Below, in pieces: positions 37,418-49,481 of a DNA stretch of 64,000 bases. The notes below the pieces were generated by a model. That model was not told where the DNA came from, did not search any database, and saw nothing but the letters and a program-made list of their open reading frames with translations. Every line of letters begins with the position of its first letter. Positions within the stretch are counted from its first letter, which is position 1. Position numbers and translations under genes: made by a program. Origin of the DNA: Sedimentisphaerales bacterium (GTDB lineage Bacteria; Planctomycetota; Phycisphaerae; Sedimentisphaerales; Anaerobacaceae); assembly GCA_963708075.1 (NCBI GenBank), contig OY970194.1, positions 384,001 through 448,000 of the forward strand, written 5' to 3'.

Positions 37418-37785
37418 ATTTCAGATTTGAGATTTGAGGATTGCGCGTTGACAGGCTTGCTTGTGGTGACGCGGTGGAGACGGAAGGTCTTGCGTCTCTC
37501 CAAATGCCCTTACGGGCACACTACAAACGAGCTGCGTATGAAGGCGCTGTGGCGAGGGCATCTTGCCCTTGTTCTTTTGTGTCGAGGGCGTCCCGCCCTC
37601 GAACCGCGGGCAGGATGCCCGCGACACGCAAGGGCAAGATGCCCTCGCCACGATCCCAGGGGCAAACGAGTTTGCCCGTGCCACCCGGCCTGCGGCCCAG
37701 AAGTGGTGGGTGCCATGCTTACGCTCGCGTAAGCATGTCTTCGCCATGCAAAGAACATGTCTACGCGAGCGTAGACATGGCACCC
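37418..37785. repeat. mosaic of several REP-like families and heptamer repeats (BIME-like)
   Basis: ATTTnAG heptamers (37418), TGCCCTTACGGGCA hairpin (37505), GTGGCGAGGGC family (37549-37652), GGGCAAACGAGTTTGCCC (37660), GGGTGCCATG family (37708-37785). Confidence 0.85.
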
Positions 37786-37988
37786 GACCAGCCGCGATCG
37801 TGATGTAGGCTTCACAGCAAATAACTGCCTTGCGGCTAACGGCTTACTTGCCGTTCAGCAAGAGGCGAGGCGGGAAGTGGGGGATTGACTTAGGGGGCCG
37901 GTGGTTTTTTCGCCTTGCAGGGGGCGGGGGGGCTCGCTTACGATGGGGCAACTGAACTGAGTGCAGGTAGTCGTCAGAAAAGGGCAGG

Positions 37989-38855
37989 ATGATGTCGGAT
38001 AAGCTTCGGATCTTCGATGACGCGAACTTTCGTAACCCGCGGCTGCTGATGGGTTTCTCGGGGTGGATGGACGGCGGCGACGTCTCGACGGGGACGATCA
38101 AGGTGCTGGCCGACCGGCTGTATGCCAAGCGGTTCGCGGAGATCGAGCCGGAGGGCTTCTACCTCTACAATTTCCCCGGGGCGATGGAGGTGACGGCCCT
38201 GTTCCGGCCGCACTGCCGGATCAAGAAGGGCATCATCCGCGAGTTCGAGTTCCCGGAAAACGCCTTTTACGCGGCGGAGAACGAGGACTTGATCCTGTTC
38301 GCGGGCAAGGAGCCCAACCTGGGCTGGGTGGAGTTCGGCGATTGCATCTTCTCGCTGTGCCGGGAGTTCGAGGTCAAGGTAATCTACTTCATTGGCAGCG
38401 TGGCAGGCTTGGTGCCGCACACGCGCGACCCGCGGCTGTTCTGCTCGGTCTCCCATGCGGAGATGAAGCCCCGCTTTCAAAGTTATGGTGTCAAGTTCAG
38501 CGACTACGAGGGCCCGGCCAGTATCGTCACCTATCTCACCACACAGGCGAAGGAGCACGGGATCGAGATGGTCAGCATCGTCGCGACCGTGCCCGCCTAC
38601 GTGCAGGGCAGCAACCCCAAGTGCATCGAGGCGGTGACACGGCGCATGGCGGGCATGCTCGGGGTCCACGTCGATCTGGAAGACCTGCAGGCCGCCGCCG
38701 ATGAGTTCGAGAGGCGGCTGACCGAGGTCGTCCAGGAGCAGCCGGAACTCGCCGAGAACATCGTCAAGCTGGAGCAGGACTACGACAACGAGATCTTCAG
38801 CGAGATGGGCGATTTGAAGAGCTGGCTGCATCAGAAAGGCATCCGGCTCGACTGA
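37989..38855 (+). CDS. PAC2 family (proteasome assembly chaperone-like) protein
   Basis: 'GFSGWMDGG.VST', 'FAEIEPE.FY', 'GKEPNL.W', 'VPHTR', 'YEGPASI', 'VPAYV'. Confidence 0.88.
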   Translation: MMSDKLRIFDDANFRNPRLLMGFSGWMDGGDVSTGTIKVLADRLYAKRFAEIEPEGFYLYNFPGAMEVTALFRPHCRIKKGIIREFEFPENAFYAAENEDLILFAGKEPNLGWVEFGDCIFSLCREFEVKVIYFIGSVAGLVPHTRDPRLFCSVSHAEMKPRFQSYGVKFSDYEGPASIVTYLTTQAKEHGIEMVSIVATVPAYVQGSNPKCIEAVTRRMAGMLGVHVDLEDLQAAADEFERRLTEVVQEQPELAENIVKLEQDYDNEIFSEMGDLKSWLHQKGIRLD

Positions 38856-38908
38856 TCTACGATTTATGATTTACGATTTGTGATTTGAAATCTGCAATCT
38901 GAGATTTG
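38856..38908 (+). repeat. heptamer tandem repeat (ATTTAnG-like)
   Basis: tctacg atttatg atttacg atttgtg atttgaa atctgca atctgag atttg. Similar arrays at 27320-27350, 31867-31897, 36885-36950, 47319-47353 and 52526-52560. Confidence 0.85.
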
Positions 38909-38919
38909 GAGGCTCGACA

Positions 38920-40679
38920 ATGGTACTGGGCATAAAAGGCTTGCGGTTTGCGCTTGTGGCGGTGCTGAGCGTCGCCTTTTCCGCCACCGTGTTCTCGCAG
39001 GAGATCGTCGGTCAGCCGGGCGAGACGCCCGAGCAGCGGGACGCCCGCATGAAATGGTGGCGCGAGGCCCGGTTCGGCATGTTCATCCATTGGGGCGTGT
39101 ACTCCGTGCCCGCCGGGACGTACAAGGGCAAGCAGATCTCCGGCATCGGCGAATGGATCATGAACCGCGGCAAGATCCCTGTCGCCGAGTACAAGCAGTT
39201 CGCCTCGCAGTTCAACCCGGTCCGGTACGACCCGGACGCCTGGGTGCAGCTTGGCCAAGGAAGCGGGCATGAAGTACATCGTCATCACGTCCAAGCACCA
39301 CGACGGCTTCGCCCTGTTCGATTCGAAGGTCACCGACTGGGACGTGGTGGACGCCACGCCCTACGGCAAGGACCTGCTCAAGCCGCTGTCGGAGGCCTGC
39401 GCAAAGCACGGCCTGGTGCTGGGCTTCTACTACTCGCAGGCCCAGGACTGGAACCATCCGGGCGGCGCGGCCGCCGGCGGGCACTGGGACCCCGCCCAGG
39501 ACGGCGACATGGACGCCTACATCCGCAACATCGCCGCCCCGCAGGTGAAAGAGATCCTCTCCAATTACGGCAAGCTCGGCGTCCTCTGGTGGGACACGCC
39601 CGCGGACATGACCAAAGAACGTGCGGACATGCTTCTGCCGCTGACTGGACCTGCAGCCGGGGATCATCACGAACAACCGGCTCGGCGGCGGCTACGGCGG
39701 CGACCTCAGCACGCCCGAGCAGCATATCCCGGCAACCGGCACCCCCGGCCGCGACTGGGAAACCTGCATGACCATGAACGACACCTGGGGCTTCAAGAGC
39801 TACGACCACAACTGGAAGCCCACCGAAACCCTTATCCGCAACCTTGTCGATATCGCCAGCAAGGGCGGCAACTACCTCCTCAATGTCGGCCCGACCTGCC
39901 TGGGCGAGATTCCCGAGCCGAGCGTCGAGCGGCTCAAGGAAATCGGCAAGTGGATGAAGGTCAATGGTGAGTCGATTTACGCCACGACGGCCAGCCCGTT
40001 CTACCGCCTGCCCTGGGGCCGTTGCACGAAGAAGCTCCACGACGGCGGCGCCACGCTGTACCTGCACGTCTTCAATTGGCCCAGTGACGGCAAGCTGCTT
40101 GTGCCCGGCCTGCGCAACGAGGTCCGCAGCGCCTGGCTGCTCGCCACGGACAAAACGTTGAAGGCTACCGCCGGCGACGACGGCGTGCTCGTCGAAGTCC
40201 CTTCGGAGTCGCTGGACGCCATCGACACGGTCGTCGCACTCGAAGTCAAAGGCGAATTGAACGTGGAGATGGCCCTGCCCGGACAGGAGGCGGACGGGAC
40301 GCTCACATTGCCCGCGGACCTGGCAGAAATCCGCGGCACGGCCCAGCTTGAGGCCGTCGGCGGCCAGCCGAACATCGGCTACTGGACGAATGCCCGCGAC
40401 TCGATCGCTTGGCGGTTCAAGATGAGCAGGCCCGGCCGCTTTGATGTCGTCGCTGCCATCGCCACGCCGGCCGAAGTCAGCAAGTTCGAGATCGCCGTCG
40501 GCGATCAGAAGCTTGCCGCCGAGGTCGCCAGCACCGGCAGCTATCAGACTTTCAAAGTCGTGAAACTCGGCGCCGTCGAGCTGAAGCAGCCGGGCGTCAC
40601 CGAGCTGAGCATCACGCCGATCCGAAACCAGTGGCAGGCCATCAACCTCCGCTCGATCACGCTCAAACCGGCCGAATAA
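38920..40679 (+). CDS. secreted alpha-L-fucosidase (GH29) with C-terminal CBM-like domain; two frameshifts (~39251, ~39644)
   Basis: 'WWREARFGMFIHWGVYS', 'AGMKYIVITSKHHDGF', 'LWWD', 'WETCMTMNDTWG', 'GGNYLLNVGP', 'NGESIYAT'. Confidence 0.93.
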
Positions 40680-40743
40680 GTCCGTCGCGCGCGGAGCGTG
40701 GGCCGACATCCTGCCACGCAGACTGTTGAATGAAGGAGCGACT

Positions 40744-41274
40744 ATGGGAGAGCCGACGGTCTACGAGGAATTCCCGAAGCGGATTGTGCTGTTGTCCAAC
40801 CTTCTTTCCGTCTCCATCTACGGGATCGGGGCCTGCCTGATGGCCGGACTTGGCATCTGGGCGCTGGCTGCTTACGTCGTCTACTGCGGCTGGATGGAGA
40901 TCCGCTTGCTCCGGCACGGTTGTGTGAACTGCTGCTACTACGGCAAGACGTGTGCCTTCGGCAGGGGCCGCCTGTGCGCTCTACTGTTCAGGCAGGGAGA
41001 CCCTCAGCGGTTCGCCCAGGCGGAAATCTCCTGGTCCGACCTGCTCCCGGACTTCGCGGTATCTCTCCTGCCCGCGGCCGCTGCTATTATCCTGCTGGTC
41101 ACAGATTTCAGGTGGGTGACCCTGGCCCTGCTGGCGGCTCTTCTCATCCTGACCTTCTGGGGCAACGCCGTGGTGCGTGGCTCCTTCACGTGCCCACACT
41201 GTCGCCAGCGTCAGATCGGCTGCCCGGCCGAGAGGTTGTTCGGCAAATCCTCCCGGAAGTCCGCCACGGCGTGA
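40744..41274 (+). CDS. Cys-rich four-TM membrane protein
   Basis: AAGGAG RBS; 'CVNCCYYGKTC' and 'CPHCRQRQIGCP' each follow a TM pair. Confidence 0.8.
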   Translation: MGEPTVYEEFPKRIVLLSNLLSVSIYGIGACLMAGLGIWALAAYVVYCGWMEIRLLRHGCVNCCYYGKTCAFGRGRLCALLFRQGDPQRFAQAEISWSDLLPDFAVSLLPAAAAIILLVTDFRWVTLALLAALLILTFWGNAVVRGSFTCPHCRQRQIGCPAERLFGKSSRKSATA

Positions 41275-41311
41275 TTTCACGACAACCGCTGCTGGCAGCC
41301 GCGACCTGGTG

Positions 41312-41340
41312 TTGAATCATACCCGGCGAGGGGCTATAAT
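41312..41340 (+). promoter_or_regulatory. sigma70-type promoter
   Basis: TTGAAT-N17-TATAAT. Confidence 0.7.
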
Positions 41341-41433
41341 GAAAGCCCGGCAGGCTGGGGATGCCGGCTTGTGGATTGGTACACTGCGAAAGGGGCAATT
41401 GTCATGCAGAGACAGACGGGCGGTTCGAGAGAC

Positions 41434-42345
41434 ATGATGCGGGAGTTCAACCGGAGGCAATTCATTACGGCGTTGGCGGGGGCGGGGGTTCTCGCTGTTG
41501 GGGGACGGTCGGTCTCGGCAGGGCAGGTGAGCAAGCCCGCCGGGGCGAGCCCGACCACGGAGATCGTGACGCTGGGGCGGACGGGGATCAAGGCCACGCG
41601 GCTGGCCCAGGGCACGGGCTGGAACGGCGGGGGACGGTCCTCGGCCCATACGCGGCTGGGCGAGAAGGCCTTCAACGAGCTGATCCGCCACGGCTTGGAG
41701 CGGGGCATCGCGTTCTTTGACTGTGCCGACCTGTATGGGTCGCATCCGTACCTTCGTACGGCGCTCAACGGCGTGCCGCGCGACAAGTACATCCTGCTGA
41801 GCAAGCTCTGGCCGCGGACCGAATACTGGAACTCCGCGTCCGGCGGGGCCAAGGCCGAGGTGGATCGCTTCCGAAAAGAGCTGAGGTCCGAGGTCATCGA
41901 CATCTGCCTGATCCATTGCATGACGAACGACAAGTGGCCGGACGAGTACAAGCGCATCCGCGACGAGCTTTCCGAACTGAAGGACAAGGGTGCGGTCCGG
42001 GCCGTCGGCGTCTCCTGTCACGACCTCGGAGCCTTGAAGGTCGCGTGCACGCACCCCTGGACGGACGTCGTGTTGGCCCGCATCAACAACGCGGGCAAAG
42101 AGGCGGCGATGGACGCGCCGGTCGAGGAGGTCACGCCGGTCCTCAAGCAGGCCCGGGCCAGTGGCAAGGTCATTCTCGGCATGAAAGTCTTCGGCGCCGG
42201 CAAGCTGACCCAGCCGGAGCAGAAGGACGCCTCGCTGAAGTTCGTCTGGGGCAACGGCCTGGTGGACGCCGTCACTATCGGCATGCTCAGCCCGCAGGAG
42301 ATCGACGACACCATCGAGCGGATGAACAAAGCCCTCAAGGCCTGA
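41434..42345 (+). CDS. Tat-exported aldo/keto reductase
   Basis: 'NRRQFI', 'LGRTGI..TRL..GTG', 'FFDCADLYGSH', 'GAVRAVGVSCH', 'GMKVFGAG'. Confidence 0.9.
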   Translation: MMREFNRRQFITALAGAGVLAVGGRSVSAGQVSKPAGASPTTEIVTLGRTGIKATRLAQGTGWNGGGRSSAHTRLGEKAFNELIRHGLERGIAFFDCADLYGSHPYLRTALNGVPRDKYILLSKLWPRTEYWNSASGGAKAEVDRFRKELRSEVIDICLIHCMTNDKWPDEYKRIRDELSELKDKGAVRAVGVSCHDLGALKVACTHPWTDVVLARINNAGKEAAMDAPVEEVTPVLKQARASGKVILGMKVFGAGKLTQPEQKDASLKFVWGNGLVDAVTIGMLSPQEIDDTIERMNKALKA

Positions 42346-42370
42346 GAGCCTTCAAGGGAATAGCCCCATC

Positions 42371-42446
42371 ATGTCACCCCCGCGCAGGCGGGGGGGCCAG
42401 AATAGTGCGATGTGTGGCTGGATTCCCGCCTCCGCGGGAATGACAT
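42371..42446. repeat. REP-like element, GTCATTCCCGCG family
   Basis: ATGTCACCCCCGCGCAGGCGGGGG...GGATTCCCGCCTCCGCGGGAATGACAT between convergent genes. Confidence 0.88.
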
Positions 42447-42513
42447 ACGGGTGGGGTTTGCCATGTTTTCATCGTGCCAGAGGCTCTGAGCGACGTTGGC
42501 CGCAGGCGGACAG

Positions 42514-43556
42514 TCATTGCTGCCCCAGGGCGGCGCGGTGGGCGGCGGTGGCTTTGAGGATCTGCTCCCGGGATTCGAAGGGCACGTACAGGGCCCGCAT
42601 GACGAAGCGGTAGCGTTTGCCGACTTCGTATTGGGGGATGAACCACTGGAAATCCCACGCGGGATTGCCGTCGCCGGCGCCGGAAGGGGACTGGCTCAGT
42701 CGCACTCCGTCGCTCGGCCGGAACATCTGCACGAGCGCCATGCCGTGACTCACGCCATAGTACCAAGGCCGGCTATAGCGGTGATTCGAGAGGTTGAAGA
42801 CGAGGGACAGCGGGAAATTGGGATCATGCGGGAATTGCCGTTCGTCGTCGATGGCTAGATGAGTCGGGAGTGTGCCGTGGTCCGGCGTCACGCCGCGAAT
42901 CCACTGAGGCTCGGCCGTTTTCTCTGCACCGGCACGCCAAGAAAATGGATGTCCAACGACTCAGGCTGGTGAATGTAGCTGGCGAAGAACAGCCCGATGT
43001 AATCGTTCTTGAAGGCCCGTGCTCGCGGGACGCACTCCAGTGTCATTTCGATAGCGCCGTCCTCGAGCATCTCATACCGCAGCCGGCTCTCAAGCTGCCA
43101 GTGCGGCGTGGGCGGCTGGTGCAACTCGACCGCATGTTCGCCGATCCGCCTGATCTTCATTGGGGCGTTGCGCGGCTCGAAGAGGATTTCCCTCGGTTGC
43201 ACCGTGCCGTCGTGAATATGCTCGTAATTCAAGCCCGCGTAGAGCGGCACGAATAGATTTCTGTTTTGTTTCAGATGGGTGAGCGATGCGACGCCGCTGT
43301 AGCCGGCGCGATGGCCGGGCAGCACGGCGTCGTCCACCGCTTCATTGTTCACGATCACGGCCCGGACGCCGCCTCGCTCCAGCACGACATAGGGCTTGTC
43401 CGGCTCCGAGCCGGCGAAGACGGGAGACGTGAGGCCCGCAGCAATAAGTCCGCACCAGAGCACGGCCAGGCAGATGGATCCGGCTTTCACAGCTCTTCTC
43501 CCCGTGTCTGCCTGGTCGCCTTCTTCTGCCGTGACATGGGAGTGGATTCTCAGCAT
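42514..43556 (-). CDS. exported hypothetical protein (beta-rich), frameshift near 42930
   Basis: ORFs 42888..43556 and 42514..42891 read as one protein: signal segment, 'HRAGYSG', 'AGLNYEHIHDG', 'NPAWDFQW'. Confidence 0.7.
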
Positions 43557-43731
43557 TTCACAGTCCTCCTGTTCAGCTCTGCCATATCGATGCCGGTTGT
43601 TTTGCGGTCGTCCATTGTATCAGTGGCTGCGGTTTGTTAAAATGAATAAGTGACGCTACAGTATGGTCCGGATGAGGTTCCAGTGGGGCGTGAGTTCTGC
43701 TGCAGGAACGCTATTTGAGGGTGATGGCACG

Positions 43732-46700
43732 ATGAAGCACATTTCCGGGGCGGCTCGGCTCGCCGCAATGTCGCTGTTTTGCTGTGTCGCTATGGTTGCG
43801 GCCGCTGTCGCGCAAACGCCCCAGGATGGCCCGGTCATCAGCGAGTTCCTGGCGGTCAACAGCAACGGGCTGCTCGACAAGGACCACGACTCCTCCGACT
43901 GGATCGAGCTCTACAATCCGACCGGGCAGGCCATCGACCTCGACGGCTGGTACCTCACCGACAACATGCTCAATCTCGATAAATGGGAATTCCCGCCTGT
44001 GTCGATTGCTCCGGGCGGATATCTCGTCGTCTTCGCCTCGGGCAAGGACATTCGGGAGCCCGGCGGCGAGCTGCATACGAGCTTCTCCCTGCAGGCCGCC
44101 GGGGAGTCTGTGGCGATTGTGCAGCCTGACGGCGCAACGGTTGCGCACGCATACGTCGATTATCCGCCGCAAGTGGTGGACATCTCCTATGGCCTGAGCG
44201 GCGACAGCGTTGTCTCGCAGACCGAGACCATGCTGCTTGTCGAAGGCGCGGATGCCCGGGCCCTGATTCCCGCCAATGGATCGCTCGGATTGAGCTGGAC
44301 ATTGGCGTCCTTCAGCGATGCTGCCTGGCGCGCGGGCAAGACGGGCGTCGGATACGACTACGCCGGCCTGATTCAACTCGACGTTGGCTCGATGAGGAAC
44401 GTCAACCAGAGTGTGTACGCGCGCATGGCCTTCGACGTGGCGGACGTGACACGGATTGACAAGCTCGTTCTGAGATTGAAGTACGAGGACGGCTTCGTGG
44501 CCTATCTCAACGGCGTGGAAGTGGCCCGCGACAACGCCCCGGCGGCGGCGTCGCTGACATGGAATTCAGGGGCGTTGGCCAACCGCGAGGATAATCTGGC
44601 CGTCGATGCCGTGGAGTTCGACCTCACGGTGCGCAAGGCTATTCTCTTCAAGGGCAGGAACGTGCTGGCCGTGCACGGCCTCAATTCCAGCCTGGGGAGC
44701 TCCGATTTACTGATCCTGCCGCAGCTTGTGGCCCTTGAGGTAGAGAAACTCGACCTGTCCGGCGTGATAGAGGGCCACCTGCTTCGGCCGACGCCGCGCG
44801 CCGCCAACCAGTCTTCCCTGGCACAGATCGGCCCGGCGATTCGCCACGTCACGGAGAATCCGCCGCCTCCCGCCCCGGGCCAGGACCTCGTCATCACCGC
44901 ACAAGTCAGCGAGAATCTGGCGCCTGTCCGCAGCGTGAACCTGATTTGCCGGGTCAACTTCCTGACCGACAACCGGTTCATCCCGAGCGGGGGCCTGACC
45001 ATGCTCGACGACGGAAAGGGCAAGGATGTGACAGCCAACGACGGCATCTATACGGCCGTGATTCCCGCCCAGAACTATGCACCCGGCGACATGGTGTGCT
45101 GGTACGTGAGGGCGGAGGACACCGGCGGCAACGTCTCCCGCGACCCGCTCTTTGCGAATCCGAACGACTCTCCCGAATACTATGGCACGGTTGTGCAAGA
45201 CCCCGCGATTCGCAGCTCGCTGCCCGTCTTTCACTGGTTCGTCAAGAACGTGGCGGCCTCCGAAAACAGCAGCGGCACGCGCGGTTCGGTCTGCTACGAG
45301 GGCGAGTTCTACGATAATGTCGTGGTTCACACGCGAGGTGGTAGCACGGAAGGAGCCATCAAGAAGCACTTCAAATTTCGTTTCAATCACGGGTACAAGT
45401 TCCGTTACCGCAACGACTCGCCCACTGTCAACGAGATCAACCTGAACAGCACCTACAGCGATAAGGCGTATCTGCGGCAGAACATGGCGTTCGAGGCCTA
45501 CGACTGGTGCGGCTGCCCCGGGAGCGAATCCTTCCCCGTCCGTGGGGAACGCAACGGCGATTTCTACGGTGTTCAGATCTTCATTGAGGAGCCGGAGGAG
45601 GAACTCCTGGAGCGCGAAGGCATGGACGCACACGGCGCGCTCTACAAAATGTACAACACCTTCAACACGGGCGGCTCGGCCGAGAAGAAGAGCCGCCAGT
45701 GGGAGGGCCGGCAGGACCTCGATGACTTCTGCAACAGCATCAACAACACCTCCGGCGTCACCCGGCACAACAACATCTTCGATCACGTGAACCTGCCGCT
45801 GACGCTCGACTACATGGTCGGCGTCGTCCTCGTCCATCAGAACGACCATCCCCACAAAAATCACTACTTGTATCGCGATTCCGATGGCTCGGGCGAATGG
45901 TGCTTCATGCCTTGGGACCACGACCTGACGTGGGGCTCCAACTGGATCGGCGACCAGGGCGGCTCGTACGGCGACGTGATCTACGCCAACGACGATCAGG
46001 TGCCCGGGCGGGGCACAAACGTCAAGCCGTCGCATCCATTCATCGGCAAGCAGGATTGCCAGGAATGGAACAACTTCTGGAACCGGCTGATCGACGCGAT
46101 CCTGAACGATGCGACCGCGCGTCAGATGTACCTGCGGCGGCTGCGGACGGTGATGGACGAGTTCCTCAAGCCGCCCGGCACGGCGTACGCGAATCTGTTC
46201 ATCGAGAACCACATCGACGGACTGGTGGCCCAGATGGCCCCGGACGTGGTCCTGGACTACAACAAGTGGGCGAACCCGTGGCAGTGGGGCGGGCAGGAGG
46301 GGTATCCGCGGGACCAGTCCTTCGCCTACGCCATTAACGTGCTCAAGAACGACTACCTGGCCGTGCGACGAACGCACCTGTTCGTCACGCACAACGTGGA
46401 CAAGGTTGCCGGCTACAAGATCGCCGGCTCCTATTCAGCGGCCATTCCCAACGCTCAGCCGGCCAATCCGTCGATCAAATTCGGCGCGTACGACTACAAC
46501 CCGGCCTCGGGCAATCAGGACGAGGAGTACATCGAGTTGAAGAATCCGAATACATACGCCGTGGATATCTCCGGCTGGGAGCTGGCCGGCGGGGTGGAAC
46601 ACATCTTTCTGCCGGGCACGGTGCTCGTGGCGGGGGGGAGCCTGTACGTCTCGCCGAACTCCAAAGCGTTTCGCAGCCGGCTCATCAGTCCGAAGGGCGG

Positions 46701-47317
46701 CGAGGGCCGATTCGTGCAAGGCAACTACAAGGGCCATCTGTCGAGCCGGGGCGAGAACCGTGAGCCTGGTGGACCGCTTCGGCCGGCTCGTGGATACCCT
46801 GACCTACGCCGGCAATCCAAGTGATCAGCAGCGGTACCTGCGGGTCACTGAGATCATGTACAACCCGGCCGAGGGCGGCTCCTTCGATAATGAGCAATAC
46901 GAGTTCATCGAGCTCAAGAACATCGGGACGACCTCGCTGAAACTCGACGGCGTCAAGCTGACCAGCGGCATCTCCTACGCCTTCGAAGTGGGTCGCAATC
47001 GCATGCTCGCCGCCGGCGCCTGCATCGTGATCGCCAGGAATCCGTCGGCATTCTCCTCGCGCTACGGCAGCACCATCAATCTCGCGCCGGGCACGTACAC
47101 CGCCGGCCTCGACAACGCCGGCGAGACGATCAAGCTCGAAGACCGCACGAACAGCACCATTCTCGAATTCGAGTACGACGACGAATGGTTCCCCACGACC
47201 GACGGCCAGGGCTACTCCCTGACGATCAAGAACGCCGCCAACACCGACCTCGACAGTTGGTCCCGCAAAGACGCCTGGCGCGCCAGTCCCGCCAAAAACG
47301 GCTCGCCGGGAACGTAG
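43732..47317 (+). CDS. secreted lamin-tail-domain / CotH kinase family protein, frameshift near 46757
   Basis: LTD motifs 'VISEFLA.N...DWIELYN' and 'VTEIMYNP...EFIELKN'; CotH-like 'RGGST', 'KNHYLY', 'PWDHDLTWG'. Confidence 0.88.
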
Positions 47318-47503
47318 GGAATGCGGAATTCGGACTGCGGAGTGCGGAATAGCAGCGTGGCCATGGTCCGCGGTCACGGATGCCTATCATTGACTTGAGT
47401 TGAATGGCGCGTTCTCATATAGGCGCAGAGATGCGACAAGCTCTGCCCAACACTGTCGGCGAATTATCTGACGAAAGGACCCGTGGTGGCCTTCAGCAGA
47501 AGA

Positions 47504-48629
47504 ATGAGGCGCAAACACCGGATTATCCTTACGATCCTGACAATTGCTGCTCTATCAGGGGCTTTGCTTTTTGCATGGTGTCGCCATGCACGGCTTTACC
47601 GAGTGATGATTCTGCCAAAGTTTCACCGCAGGGTGGTGATGCCTCGGGCGATCAACGATCGCGGGCAAATCGTTGGCTTCTGTGAGGGCCGATTCCTCCT
47701 CTGGGAGCGAGACATAGGCTGGCGGGAATTGGGCGGCGCAATGGATGACCTTCACATCAACAACGCCGGTCAGATCGCAGGTACGGTGCGCGACCCGAAC
47801 TACAGTACGCAATCCTTCCTGTGGGATCCAAACGAGGGGCTCAAACTGCTGGGGACTCTGGGGACCAGGGACAGCATTACGGGCGGGCTCAACAACCGCG
47901 GAGAAGTCGTCGGCGTGTTGATGAACGGCGACAGAGGGCTTCAGGGGTTCATTTGGAGCAATACCCTCGGCATGAGAACACTGAAGGTGGCCAACGGAAG
48001 CCTGATGGCACAATGGGATATGATCGGCTCCATCAGCGACAGTGGGCAAGTTGCTGGATTCTGTTCGTGTACGATGCAAGGATCTGAAGTCCCGCAAGAT
48101 TGCCTCTGGAAGCTGACAGATGACGGTCTCTTGTTACTGAGCGCACTTCCTCCGGGCGCGTCCCGTGCCATCAACAACAACGGCTATATCCATGGCATGT
48201 CGGTGAGAACCCGGCGGGTTTCAGCGCTATGTCTTCATCTGGCAGCGGGATCATGGTATGGAATGGCTTTTCCCCTTGGACGATCCCATGCCTTCGGGCA
48301 TCGCGTTGAATTGGGGCAACGCGATTGGTATGGCTCATGTGGCCGCGATGAACGATGCCAACCAGATTGCTGTTTGCGGTGTGGCGCACTCCGGCCGGTT
48401 GGAACGGCTGACGAAAAGACACTTCGGACCTTATCTGGAATCTTTTGTCTGGACCCGTGAGCGAGGGCGAGTATTCCTTGACGGCTACGTGCTTGACCAA
48501 AGGGGCGAGTTCTTCCACATTGCCGACCTGAACAACCACGGTTGCATCATCGGCACCGTCAACTGGAAGACCGGCGACATCCGTCGGGCCGTGCTCCTGG
48601 AGCCGATTCGCGAGCGGTGGGGGAGGTGA
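47504..48629 (+). CDS. membrane-anchored HAF-repeat-like beta protein, frameshift near 48206
   Basis: Repeats 'AINDRGQIVG', 'INNAGQIAG', 'LNNRGEVVG', 'LNNHGCIIG', ending 'AVLLEP'. Confidence 0.8.
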
Positions 48630-48670
48630 CATATGGTGAGAAAGGTGAGGATTTTGTCTCGTGCAGGTAC

Positions 48671-48988
48671 TTAGCCGTAGACGACCTCTCCATTGCGAGC
48701 GTAATCGGCGATCAGGGAATCGCCGCTCTCCCATTCCTCGGGAGTCATGGCGACCGCCTCAATGGGCTGAAAGACGATGGAAATAGCGGCCGAGAGTATG
48801 TTGATTCTCTCCCAGTAGCCCTTGCCTGCGAAATCCGTGGAGATCACGACCAAGTCAATGTCGCTATCCTCTCGCTGAGTACCTGTACTATGGGAGCCAA
48901 ACAGGATAATCTTCTGGAGCCTGATGCCCTGGGATTCCAACGCTCTGCCAAAGTCGGAGACAATCTTTAGAACTGCGCCTTTATCCAC
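48671..48988 (-). CDS. minimal nucleotidyltransferase (MNT) antitoxin
   Basis: 'IILFGSHSTG...DSDIDLVVIS'. Confidence 0.92.
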   Translation of the reverse strand: MDKGAVLKIVSDFGRALESQGIRLQKIILFGSHSTGTQREDSDIDLVVISTDFAGKGYWERINILSAAISIVFQPIEAVAMTPEEWESGDSLIADYARNGEVVYG

Positions 48989-49347
48989 TTCAGAATTTCC
49001 TTTGTCTGTACCAGGATCCGCGTGGCAATCTCTTCTGTATAACTGCTCTGCAGACTGTCGATATCATCTGGATAGCGTGTGGTAATATTCGCCTCGTTGA
49101 GTCCTGCAATGACCTCACTTCGATCTTGATCCGGTCTCAAGCCGATGCGATTCAACAGATAAATGAGGTTGTGCGTCTTGGGAGGCGTTTCCTGCAGTCT
49201 TTGCAGGTAGAGCCCCTTCAGTGCCTTCTCTACAGCCAAATGGCACATGAAGACGGCGTAGAAGTATCTGCCTCCCGTACACATGAATCTCGCCGTATCA
49301 AAATCATAATCGGCCTGCTTGAGCCATTCGAGAACTTTCTTGTCCAT
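48967..49347 (-). CDS. HEPN domain protein
   Basis: 'WLKQADYD..TA', 'F.CH.A.EKALK', 'PPKTHNL', 'TRYP'; overlaps the MNT gene. Confidence 0.92.
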   Translation of the reverse strand: MDKKVLEWLKQADYDFDTARFMCTGGRYFYAVFMCHLAVEKALKGLYLQRLQETPPKTHNLIYLLNRIGLRPDQDRSEVIAGLNEANITTRYPDDIDSLQSSYTEEIATRILVQTKEILKWIKAQF

Positions 49348-49481
49348 TCAGTTGCTCCGCGCAGTTCCAAGCAGCATCTTCTCGGCCAGATTCGTCTTCA
49401 CGCAGCTATGGTATTCGAAGTGCGCCGGTTCGTAAACCCCAAAGTCTGTGGAATGCCTGATCCAGCCATTGTTCATGCGGG

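Noticed and set aside
38920..40679. Fucosidase as a true pseudogene or recoded gene
   Set aside because: All GH29 motifs are intact, and the two single-base insertions match the window-wide error pattern.
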